In this document: positions 40,829 to 64,000 of the stretch, one piece after another
Layout of the letters: every line of letters begins with the position of its first letter
Position numbering within the stretch: position 1 is the stretch's first letter
DNA from: Paraspadella gotoi
Lineage: Eukaryota; Animalia; Chaetognatha
Assembly: GCA_051294375.1 (NCBI GenBank)
Contig: CM119263.1
Coordinates: 26,972,631 to 27,036,630, forward strand
Length of the DNA: 64,000 nucleotides
Direction: 5' to 3'
The notes under the pieces: generated by a model
The model's database searches: none
What the model was told of the DNA's origin: nothing
What the model saw: the letters and a program-made list of their open reading frames with translations, nothing else
Program-made: the position numbers and the translations under genes

Positions 40829-43128
40829 CTCTCTCTCTTCTCTTCCTCTCTCTCATCGTCACTCACTATTTCTTCCCGTGTGTGTGCGTAAATCGTTCAA
40901 GAGAAATAACCTACCTTGAGTAAGTTCTGTATCGATGCTACGTTCTGTAGTGAACCAGTTTTTTCCTCGAGCGGGATCAAGTAGATCTGTTCGTCCACAC
41001 GATCACCATTCACAGTCAGCAAAAAAAAAAAAAAAAAAAAAAACGTTCGGGACGCGAAAAGAGTAACCATGGAAAAAAAAAGATTTACACGATAAATGAT
41101 TCGGTTAAATAAGAATTAGAATCGTTCTGCATTTTTTGGGGTATTTTTATGTATCGTATTAAAAAATGCAGAATGAAAAATTCATCCTGAAATCACCAGC
41201 GGGGTAAAAAAGAGGCAGAGCGAAAGAGAGAGCGATTAATCAGCCGGACTGGGGGGGGGTTGGGGCGGTTTGGAGCCACTTCCGGTCCAGAGTCCGGCCA
41301 TGCCATGCGCGCATGCTGGGAGCAGGTTACGCCCTTCTCCGCGGCCCAACAAAGGGGGCCCCCCTCTTCGCAGTCTTCAGCCCACTTCAGCCCCAAGCGG
41401 CTTACCCTCTTCGACGTCTTTCATGACTGGCGTCACGTTGGGCGGATCCTTGTAGGGCGAAATCCGAGTGGGCGGCCCGTCGGGCACGAGTTGGTGGACG
41501 CGCAATTTGCGGCAGTAGATGGAAGCGGCTTCTGGCTCGAGGGCGATGAGGAGTTGCTCGGGATATTCGGAGGAGGCGAGTCCGGCCTGCCGAATGGGGG
41601 GGGGGGAAATTATGTTACATCGTTTACGTATGTTAACTACGGACAATAAATTAATCCGTCAAGTCATCAAACAGCCCTCGATTTTAAATGCTTACCACGT
41701 AAGCTGCTTCTCTCATGAACTGCTTGGCGGGCTGACGCCATATCGCCGGAACAGTAATGACCCAGCGAATGTCATCGTTCAAAATCTGCAAGAAAAATTA
41801 ACAGGTAAAATCACATGACACTTTTGTTTTGACGGTTCTGCTCTTTTTGCGAATGATGTAGAATTAAATAACTCCTTGATGGCACTACTTTTACTCACCT
41901 GAGTGGCGCTTTGATCGCTCAGCTCCTGCAAAGTGTGATCCTTGAAGAATTTGAGCGAATGAGCAAAGACTTGGGTGGCCGAGAGGCTTTTCCCGTTCAC
42001 GGCGCGAATTTTCGTATCTTTGTTCAAATCCTGATCGTGAAGTGAAAAATTTATTTATATCAATGGTGTTGCATTGCTGCTGGGCTGCTAACTTTTTTTT
42101 AAATCATTTTTGGAGTTATTACAGCACTACCTAATGCTGGTGCAGTATGCTACTTCAAGAACTAACCAAGCTGTGATGCAGCATCATCTTGAACTTGTCG
42201 AAGAAGAACCAGTTCTTCGCCTCCTCCTTGTCGAGGTCGTGGTAGGCGTCTCTGGCGGCATAGCCAAAGGCTTTGAAGTCTCCCGAGGGATTCAACAGGA
42301 GGCAGGTCGGAGTTTTAGAGTTGATAACGCCTGACGAAAAAAAAACAAAAGGGAAAAGGGTTGGTTTTTGTTTGTTTTTTTTTGGGGGGGGGGTGGAAGA
42401 AACAAAGGGAATTCTTGTACAGGTAAACGATATTTCTCGTTTGAGATTTTTGTCAAAATAACTGATCAATATATAAAAACTGTAGCCTAGTAGACGATTC
42501 TCCCTCCACGCATTTTCGAATTTTAATTCACCAACGCCCCATTTCAAATATCAAGTTGAGAAACGAGACGAGTTCTAAAAACAACAGATGGTCCGAATCC
42601 TTTTCTCTCCAAAGATGATGTGGCGAAGTTTTTCTTTTGTCAAAAGTTTGTTTACTTTACGCCAACGTTGGCGCGAAGGAGCTCCGGAATTTTGATTCAA
42701 TTGTTTTTGAAATCTTTTTGGGATCCTTAGATTTTTTTTGGTTCGTGGATTTTTTTCGTGTTCCTATGTTGTCTTCACTTTTTTCGATTTTTTTTCTAAC
42801 AAGTAAACCATTCATTTCTATTTTAAAATATTATAAAGTATTAAACTAAGAAAAACCTAAATCTTGACATAAATTTCAAAACTAAAAAAAACTAAAAACT
42901 AAAAAAACTAGTCTCAAAATCTTTAGGGCCTCATAGTACTGTTTTGCCTTTCAGAATAAGACAATCCTTAAAAAAAAAGTAAAAAAAATAAGAAAAAAGA
43001 AGCGAAAAAAGAAAAAAAAAACCTGACTGTGAAATTTGAGACATTGAAACTAGAAAAAGGGTTCGCTTAGATTTTTGGAAAAAACGTAAACACTCATTAT
43101 CGAATGAATTCCTTTAGGGACGTGAAGA

Positions 43129-43223
<95 letters not shown>

Positions 43224-43281
43224 TAGAGGCGAAAGAAAAAACTGTGAGTCGCTGAGATCTGAAGGTCGTTCTCTATATATT

Positions 43282-43353
<72 letters not shown>

Positions 43354-43637
43354 TCTCTCTCTCTCTCTCCCTCTCCCCCCTCCTCTCTCCCCTCTCTCAT
43401 CCCTTCTAATCCTTAACCCCCCACTAACTCACCCGGATCCCCACCCTCCCACTTCCGCATCATGTGAATGGCGCTGGGGTCGCGCGTGAAGGCGAAGGCG
43501 TAACCGGAGAATGTCGTCCCGAAGTCGATAGCGACGACGACGAAGTGCGACGCTTTCGATGGCGTCAGCGCTTGACGGGTGGGCGTGGCGGTAGGGGACT
43601 CCACCGCCGCTAGGGAGGTGGAGACGTCCATGGCGGG
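37920..43637 (-). CDS. HSPA12: Heat shock 70 kDa protein 12 (HSPA12A/B-like atypical Hsp70), conserved core, 14 exons, intact frame
   Basis: Phase-compatible GT-AG exons: 43433-43637 ([28 protein letters not shown]), 42167-42330 ([17 protein letters not shown]), 41899-42030, 41696-41785 ([22 protein letters not shown]), 41406-41586 ([14 protein letters not shown]), 40915-40986, 40424-40524 ([16 protein letters not shown]), 39933-40103, 39615-39741, 39274-39378, 38765-38975 ([22 protein letters not shown]), 38535-38663, 38284-38452, 37920-38015 ([22 protein letters not shown] 37920-37922). A versus B paralogue is not resolvable. Confidence 0.96.
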
Positions 43638-43657
43638 CTGCGATGAGAGAGAAAGAG

Positions 43658-43719
<62 letters not shown>

Positions 43720-44016
43720 AGAAGACAGACAGACAGAGAAAGAGACAGACAGAGAGTGGAATTAACCATTGCAGAGGTCATAAATACTTGATCAATATTG
43801 ATCAACAAAATAGACATTTTTTGAAAAAACACTATAATTTTTAAATTATTAATGTACAAGCACATCTGAATACTTTTTTATGATGAAAGGCTTAATTTTT
43901 ACAAAACCTAATTCAACTTGAATTTACTTTTTCTTCTTTAAATATTATTATCTTACTAATTTTAAGTTCCAGCTTGTTTATTTGTAAACAATCAATTCAA
44001 TATTTCGACCAATCAC

Positions 44017-56629
<12,613 letters not shown>

Positions 56630-59600
56630 CTTGAGAAAATAACAACAACAACGACGGTCGAGTCTCTTCGACGCAGAATCGGAGCAATCGGATCAACTCT
56701 CTCGTCAACTTCAAGGATTTACCGAGGATTTCCCACGCCAAACGCTCGTCCGCGTCGTCGAGGGAGAGATCCGTCGAGAAGTAGACGGGAGGAGAAAAGA
56801 CGCGCCAGTCGTCGTCGCCGTCGACGCCCAGCGGTTCGTCGACGCCATCTTCCTTCGTCGTCGGAGACATTTTCGCGTCCAGGGCTCGAACCCCACCCCG
56901 ACCGATCCGCTTTTTCTTCTGTTTGCGCTTTTTGTCGCCGGAGGTGATCGAAGAGGAGTTTTCTAACGTCGGAGGTCGCGTCGGCGTCTTTTTGGTTGAC
57001 GAGGGCTTTGATGCTGCTGAAGGCGAGGGTGTCGTGAGATTTTCCCTCGTCGTCGTCGACGCACTCTGCGATTTCTNNNNNNNNNNTCGTGAGATTTTCC
57101 CTTGTGGTCGTCGACGCACTCTTCGATTTCTTGAAGGCTTTGACTTTCGTAGTTTTATCCCCGGATTCTTCTTTTTCGTAGGACTCGGCTAAAGGTGAGC
57201 GTTTTACTACGACCTCCCACTGCTGATCCGCCTTCTCCTCTTTCCTCCTCCTCCTCTTCCTCTTCCTCCGCATCCTCTCGCATTCTCGTCGTCGTTGATC
57301 GATTTTTCGAATCAATTTTTAAAATCTCCCGCGCATGCGCGTGTTCATCTTCGACCGCCTGCACTCTTTCGTTTTCGACCTCCATTTCGCGCGCGCCTTC
57401 TCTAAATTCTCCTTCGAAGCTTCGATCCCACGATCGCGACCTCGATCCTGATCGGGGCTAAACTCGGCCGCGACGGCCGCCCGACCTTCAGGGCCGTCGG
57501 TCCAGACGGCCATATCTCGTCGGCCGGGGTCAAGGGTCAGGACTCGGAGTTCTCGCCAGGCGGGATTCCTCTGGGTAGATTTGAATTGAACGTCTTGCTG
57601 TCCTGGGTCCAAGGTTAGGACGGTGAGGTCACGCCATACAGGGTCGTTGGCTGAAATGGGAAGGCTTTTCGAGTCAGTGTCACCAGGTTCTGGGGTCGGG
57701 ACAACTTGATCCGCACGGAGTTCGTCAGTTGTAACAAGAAAGTCACTGTTTGATACAGCATCGTAATTTTGACCTGATTCTTGGCGATGAACAAAAACTC
57801 CGTGCTTCGCCAAATCTGTCTTCAAAGAATCTGGAGAGCCAGGAGACGGTGGAGTGATACCGTTGACGTCATTGGCGCCGGAAGCGACCATCCCTCTGAC
57901 AGTTCCGTCCGCTTTCACATCAACTTCGAAGCCAGAGTCGGAGTCGTCAATGTCAGTCGGAGAGAGCGACTCGACGATCCTCTGTGGCAAATATGACGTC
58001 TCTTGGCCTTTTTTCGTCGACTGAAAGGCGTCGACCTTCCGTTTCACGGACATTTGTTCGAATCGATCTTGTGAAGTTGGAGTTGCATCCTCCACAGCCG
58101 TCGTCCATTTGCCTCCGACGGCGACGCCCATTTTTATGTCATCCTTAGTCGCAGACTCCACAGTCTGCTTGGTTCCACCTCTCGAAGATGCCTCCACAAT
58201 GTGCTTGTTTCCACTTCTCGGCCCTGCATCTGTCCCATTCACGATTTCATCCCTGGAAGATGGCACCGACGATTCCATAACCAGAGTCTCCGCGGTTCTT
58301 TCCACGACGATGCCGTTTTTGGATTCGGCGTCGATCGATGATTTTTTAATTTTTTTCTTCGACTTTTTTGAAGATTTTGATTTGACGTCGACGTCGATCG
58401 AATTTGTAGCTGCTGCAACCATTGCATCTGTTTCAGATTTTGATTTGACGTCGACGCTGATCGAATTTGTAGCTACTGCAACTGCTGCATCTGATTTTAC
58501 GTCCTCGTTGTAGATCGAATTTGTAGCTGCTGCAACTGATGCGTCTGTTTCAGCTGCCGCAGATGATTTCGGTTTAGTTGATGTCTCAGAAATTGAAACT
58601 TTCTTCGTGACTTTCGATTGAGGCTTTGATAAATATTTTGCTTTCATATCCACATCCAAACCGGGATCTTCGGAAGGTTTTACGTCTGGCTCTCCTTTTT
58701 TAACCCCCGATCGCTCCATCATTTTTTTAAGCTTCAAATCCATCGGAGAAGGCGACGATTTCGTCTCCACCCCGCCAACCGGTTCGTCAATCGCTTCCTC
58801 AGCCTCCACATCCTCCCCAACTCTCTCGTCGTCCTCCACAGTTGAGAAGATAAGAAAGTCCAGAGTGTCGAGCCGATTGCTCTTGCGGTACAAATCCTCG
58901 ATCTGCCGCAAAGTCACCTCCATCGATCCAGAGGCTTCCGTGTTGGTCGCCGCGTCCACCCGTCTCCCGAGCGGCTCGTCGACGGGTTCTTCGGTAGAAG
59001 TAGCGGCTTCGGAGGTCGTCGACGCCTCGGAGGACGGGACGGAGAACTGGCCATGATGTAGGAGGAAGGGGTGATCCATCGGGGGAGAGGACTGAGCCGG
59101 AGGGGGATCAGCGGGGCTTTGGTGAGGAGGACTATCTCGCGGAATCTCTGGCGGGATGGACTCAACGTTTTCGAAATCCTCAGCACAATCGACCGAACTT
59201 GTTTGAAGGTTCGCAAGTTCTTCGACTCCTCTGGACGATCCACTGGAGACGTATTCCTCTTTTAGCGATGTGGACGGTTTCTTCATCGACTCCAAGATGC
59301 TTCTTGTCGCTAAATCCTGAAGACTCCCGCGGATCGAGGATTGAGAGACGGAGGCATCGGCAGCTGCGGCGGCAGCTGGGGCGGCGTCGGCTGAAGCTAC
59401 GGTGTGGGGACTCGTCGACTTGCGGTGATAAGTGGAGTCCGTGGAGGACGACGTCGATTTTAGATCGAATTGGCTTTGACGTCGAAGATCGTAGGAGTCG
59501 TTGAAAGTGGGCGTGGCCGCAACATTGATTAGCGTTTCCGACTCCCTAGCGACGAATTCCGATTGGCTCCTCTCCCGACTCGGCGCCGATTCTTCTGCCG

Positions 59601-62600
59601 GAACTTGAGTCTCCATCTGCGCCGACGCCCAAACTTCCGGAGACTTTGGCGGCGACACGAGGGAGAGACGTTTGGCTCGCTCGGCCAAGACTTCGGGACG
59701 GTGGGGAGAGGGGAGGAATTTTGAGCGGTAGAGGGGTAGCGTAATCTTTGGGGGGGAGGGAGAAGAGAAAAGAGAGAATGGGTAATGTGCGGCGACAACA
59801 AAAACAACGACAAGGACCTCTACCCCAACGTCAGGTTACTGACCTTCACCAACCTTATTCTAAAAATATGAGAAAAGGTGAGAAATAAGTAAATAAATAA
59901 ATACTTTATTAAATAACAAATAAATGAAAGGAATTAGGTAATCAAAATAATAAAAATGATGCTATTTAAAAACAAACAATACACCAATTTTAACCACTAT
60001 TTTAATGCTCTCTTACTTGGCCAACTTTTGAGCGATAACATCTTGACTCCAATTCCCTTCTTCCGCTTCCGCCATCAATTTGGACGTGGGCGACATGGAT
60101 GTCGATCGAGAGGGAGAAGGAGGGAGAGGAGAGAAAGAGGAAGGGAGGGAGAGGGAGAAGGACGAGGGGATGGGGAAAGACGAAGGGAGGGGGGCGAGTA
60201 GAAGGGGAAGGGCGTGGAGATGGGGAAAGTTTGAGCGGAGACGGAGACTTGGAGAGACGCGGCAAGGGGGCGGGGCGAAGCTGGACTCGCCGGCGGAGGC
60301 GCCTCCGTCAAAGATGATATAGAAGACGCCATCTGCGACGATGACAACGACGAAGGCGCCATCTGCGACGATGACATGGACGAAGGCGCCATCTGCGACG
60401 AAGGCGCCATCTGCGACGATGGCTTCGATCGACGTGGAACCGTTGGCGGTGATTCCGTCGAGCGCGTCGTCCGAGAGAGTCGCGTCGACGCCTCTTCGCT
60501 TTGACGAGCCGTTGGAAGCTCTCGAGTTGAAGAATCGGATGTAAACTGAAAGGATTTTGAATCCCGATGCTCTTTTGTCGATTCTTCTCTATTTTCTCTG
60601 ATCTTCGCGGTTGATGTTCGATCGATCCCTGAATCCCGAATGTCTTTTGTTTCGGCCTTCGATGTTCTTTTGTCCATTGCAATTTGTACCTAAAAAAAAT
60701 TATATAGAATCATGGATATTGACCGATACTTTAAAAAAAAAGTCCCTGTCGCACAATCAAAAATCAATTAATTTTATTGCTCATGATTGTAACGGAAGAA
60801 TTACTTTTGTGATTAGATACGTTTTGCAAAGAAGCAACCATAAGCTTTGATAGCACGGTATCAACAGCCAAACTTGTGCCATGATAAGAACCTTATTTCG
60901 TGTATTGGAATGTTTCTTTCGTTTTTTTGACGCTAATACAATGTAATACATAACAAGTATGTAACTTAGTCTTAAAACTAAACTATCCGGATGAGCCGCC
61001 TGGGCTGAATTCGAGTGTGCCGTGGGGGGCGGGTCTCCACTCTTCACGTTCGATCCTCCATCAGAGAGAGTTGAGTCGTTACTCGCTCTCTGTCTGTCTT
61101 CGAGCGAAAGCGAAAAAATAAAAGGTTTTTTTTTCATTTAGCCAAAACAATAAAAAAAAATGTGGTTAAACGACGTCGTTAATCGAAATAGATGGGTCAT
61201 GTTAGGATGAATTGCGTTTGTTATAAGAATTCGTTCAAAAAGACACCATAACTACCGTCTTACGAAATACAATTTGCTAAATTACATCTGCCTGTAATTG
61301 TTCGAACCACCGAGATGGCTGTACGAGGCGAGAAAGCAAGGAATCGATCTTTCGCATCATCAAGACGGTTTATAAAAAAATGTCGGAGGTGGGGTTCGAT
61401 CTGCCGACGACGAAACAACGATTAAGTCGAAATTTATGACATTCCTCGAGGCGACTTTCATTCCCAAGGAAAACAACAACGAAAGATCAACACGATGAAT
61501 GAAAACAACAACAACTAAAGATAAATGTGAAAATCGCATTTTTAAAACGACGAGTCAATGACTTCCGAGAAATTTATCATGGTTTGCATGAGGGTTAAGA
61601 TAAGCGTCATTTATTAATAAAATTACAAAGTACTTTGTTTAAAAGATTTCAGGATTAGTTTTGTAACCAGTAACCCTTTCTGTTGACGGAGTCTGAGATG
61701 AATTTTTGAAAAATATAATAGCAGATGTACGTATAAACAAAGGCAAACAAGGAACGGCATAGGTCAAGCTAGATAGGAAACTGAACGATAAGCTGTAAAA
61801 GCCACAGTTGATGACCAGTTGAAACCGAAACTTAAAGCGTCGATATGAGTAGCGAAAAAGACAGACGAGGCTGAAAAAGTCAAACGTTATTATATTTATA
61901 TATAAATCAACTTCAAACTTTTTGGACCCCAAGTGAAGCTTTGAGTAAAATATTAGGAGCTACGGCGATTTTAAAAAATACTGTATTGTAGGAGAAATTT
62001 TTTAATTCATATTTATTTTCAAAAAGAAGTTTAGAGCGCGATCTCAGCAATGAACAGTTATGATCACATATTTCGTTCAAATATTTACCTTTTCTTCTCC
62101 AGAAAAATCCTTAACTTCAAAACTCAATTCTCCCGCGACTTCCCTGAAAAGAGTTTGTTAAATCAAGCTAAACAATTGTAATAATTTACACGATAAGCGT
62201 ATTTATCCATTAAAGCCTCAAATTCGCGTCTCATCCTAACCTTCGTTTGTCTTTTGTTCTCTTTTCGTTCGATCGCGAAGTCTCTGCGAAATGACGATCT
62301 GAGATTGTAGAGGTCGCGTCGACGCTCGATTCTTTCTCCATCGTTCCTTGTTTGTCTTTTGTCCAAATCTCAACCGTATCCCTCTGTCGGATGTCGACCG
62401 AACTATCCGCTTTTCTATTTTGAATGCCGTCGTATTTATCGCGTTCCCTTGTTCGTTTTTCGACGTAATTCGGGTCTTTCGTTTCAGCGTCCGACGTTTC
62501 AACATGATCCTTTTTCCGTGGGGCGTCTTTAATACCGCCGCTAGGTTGATCTAGCGTAAAACCGACGCAGTCTTGACGACTATCTCTCTTCTCACGTATC

Positions 62601-64000
62601 ACGGTGTAGTTGATATCTTCTACTTCACGAACAAATTCTTCGTTATCATTGTGACGAGCGTCGCCCTGTAGCGCTATGGCCCCTTCACCAACCAACGATT
62701 CCAAAATGGCGCGACGAACGGGCGTCTTACGGCGAACAGGCGGCGTCTGGCGACGAACCGGCGGCGTCCTACGACGAACTGGCGGCGTCGGTTTTGTCGT
62801 TGACGCCGATTCCGAGACGATCGATTCTCTCGACGAAAAATCTTCGTTTTTGATGAGCGTTCGATTCGTCTCGGTAGTAGTCGTCGTCGTCGTTGTGGTA
62901 TTCCCAGTCGCCATTGAAACGGCTAACGTCGAGTCGGATGTCTTTTGTTTTCTCTCCGCCGATGTCACTACCGATCCAGTATCGATTAAGCGACAAGTGG
63001 CTTCCGATTCGGTTTTAATCCCGGCTACGCCCAGATTTTCAAGAGTCTCGTCGCCGTCGCCGACATCAAACGTCGCCAACGCTTTCGACGCCGCGGCTGA
63101 CCCTGCCTCCAACGACGCCGTAACAACTTCCGTAGACGAATCGACGGTGCCGTCCTCATCCTCGAAGGATTCCCCGGCGTCATCGACGTCGTCCTCGCGA
63201 AACTGCGGAACGGCGACCATCTGAACTCGCGCTGGCGGCGACAGACGAAGATGGAATTCGATCTTGGAGACGATCTCGGAGCGACGCTCCACGGCCGCCT
63301 CCACCGTCAGCGTCTCCACGGGTTCCGTCACCTCGACGGGGATTCGCTGGAGGAAGTGGAGATGTTAGAATTCCCGATGAGTAGTGAAGTTGGATGTGGT
63401 GGAGATAAAGAAAAACAATCGGATTTTACTATGCATTTTACCATGTATTAAAAATTGTCCCCTTAAATTCTTCCTTATTTCAAAATACATATGACGTGCA
63501 TCTCAAGTTGTTACTGACTCAATAGTAACCGTGTCGAAGAATGAAGTAGGTGACGCACTATAGAGCTGATCATATTATTTTTTACATTTATAATTACTCT
63601 TTATTTATCAGACCACTTAATGTAATCTAAACCAATACTTAAGATGTACATAAGTAAATTTTTTATCTTTCCTACAAATTAATATCATTGATTCGATACC
63701 GACTTGATTAATTTATCATTTAATCTATCCGCTGCCCCGACCTTCTCTTCCTTTCGACCAAACTTTCCGCTTCGCGCCAAAATTGGCGCCATTTTGATTT
63801 CCTCCGTCGGCGTCGAATCTCGCGACGACGACGCCAGCGCCTCTAGCGTCGAAGGCGTCGAGGATCTCCGGACGGACGAAAACTCGATGGACGAGGGCGG
63901 GTCAGTCGAAGGAGGAGCCGGGGCGTGGCGGACGGTTTGGCAGGACGCCATGTTGGAAGGCGGCGATGGAAAGGAGCAGTTGAACCGAGTCGAGGACGAA
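56630..64000 (-). CDS. Further upstream low-complexity coding exons, probably of the same giant gene; open at window end
   Basis: Long minus ORFs 57319-59688 (789 aa; AG acceptor 59746-59747, phase 0), about 60017-60688 (GTAAG donor, phase 0), 62231-63331 (366 aa) and 63685-64000 share the composition and codon style. Frame continuity is broken near the N-gap 57077-57086 and within 60017-60688, so the joins are not verified. Confidence 0.6.
61374..61400 (-). other. tRNA-Leu-like 3' fragment (T-arm/acceptor half) followed by oligo-T
   Basis: Minus strand ATCGAACCCCACCTCCGACA-TTTTTTT resembles the eukaryotic tRNA-Leu 3' end GTTCGAATCCCACTTCTGACA; no D-arm or anticodon arm is recognisable, so it is not a functional tRNA. 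Confidence 0.3.

Noticed and set aside
57030-57130. Repeated segment around the N-gap 57077-57086 suggesting an internal protein repeat
   Set aside because: The duplication directly flanks a gap and disrupts the frame; probably an assembly overlap.

Overview
Intron-rich animal (probably invertebrate) genomic DNA with abundant (GA)n, (GAC)n and (GAT)n microsatellites and five N-gaps; nothing prokaryotic is evident. Two minus-strand genes can be assembled by hand with GT-AG introns. The first is a small-conductance Ca2+-activated K+ channel (KCNN/SK; probable start 13199, stop 12, 12 coding exons). The second is an HSPA12-family atypical Hsp70 (core exons 37920-43637). HSPA12 is joined by 15 phase-compatible exons (44017-56629, about 1320 codons) to a very large acidic low-complexity N-terminal region that probably runs past the window end and contains an internal Kozak-ATG starting MGAPQSKEC (myristoylation-type). 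Two Penelope-type minimal hammerhead ribozymes are present: a complete one in sense orientation inside an intron of this giant gene (54219-54265, -) and one with a weak stem I (22221-22262, +). Helentron/DINE-like relics and MITE-like inverted repeats also occur. The 9-kb duplication (22313-31206 vs 31232-40298) and several smaller ones flank N-gaps and look like assembly artefacts. All models were read by eye; no database searches were run.
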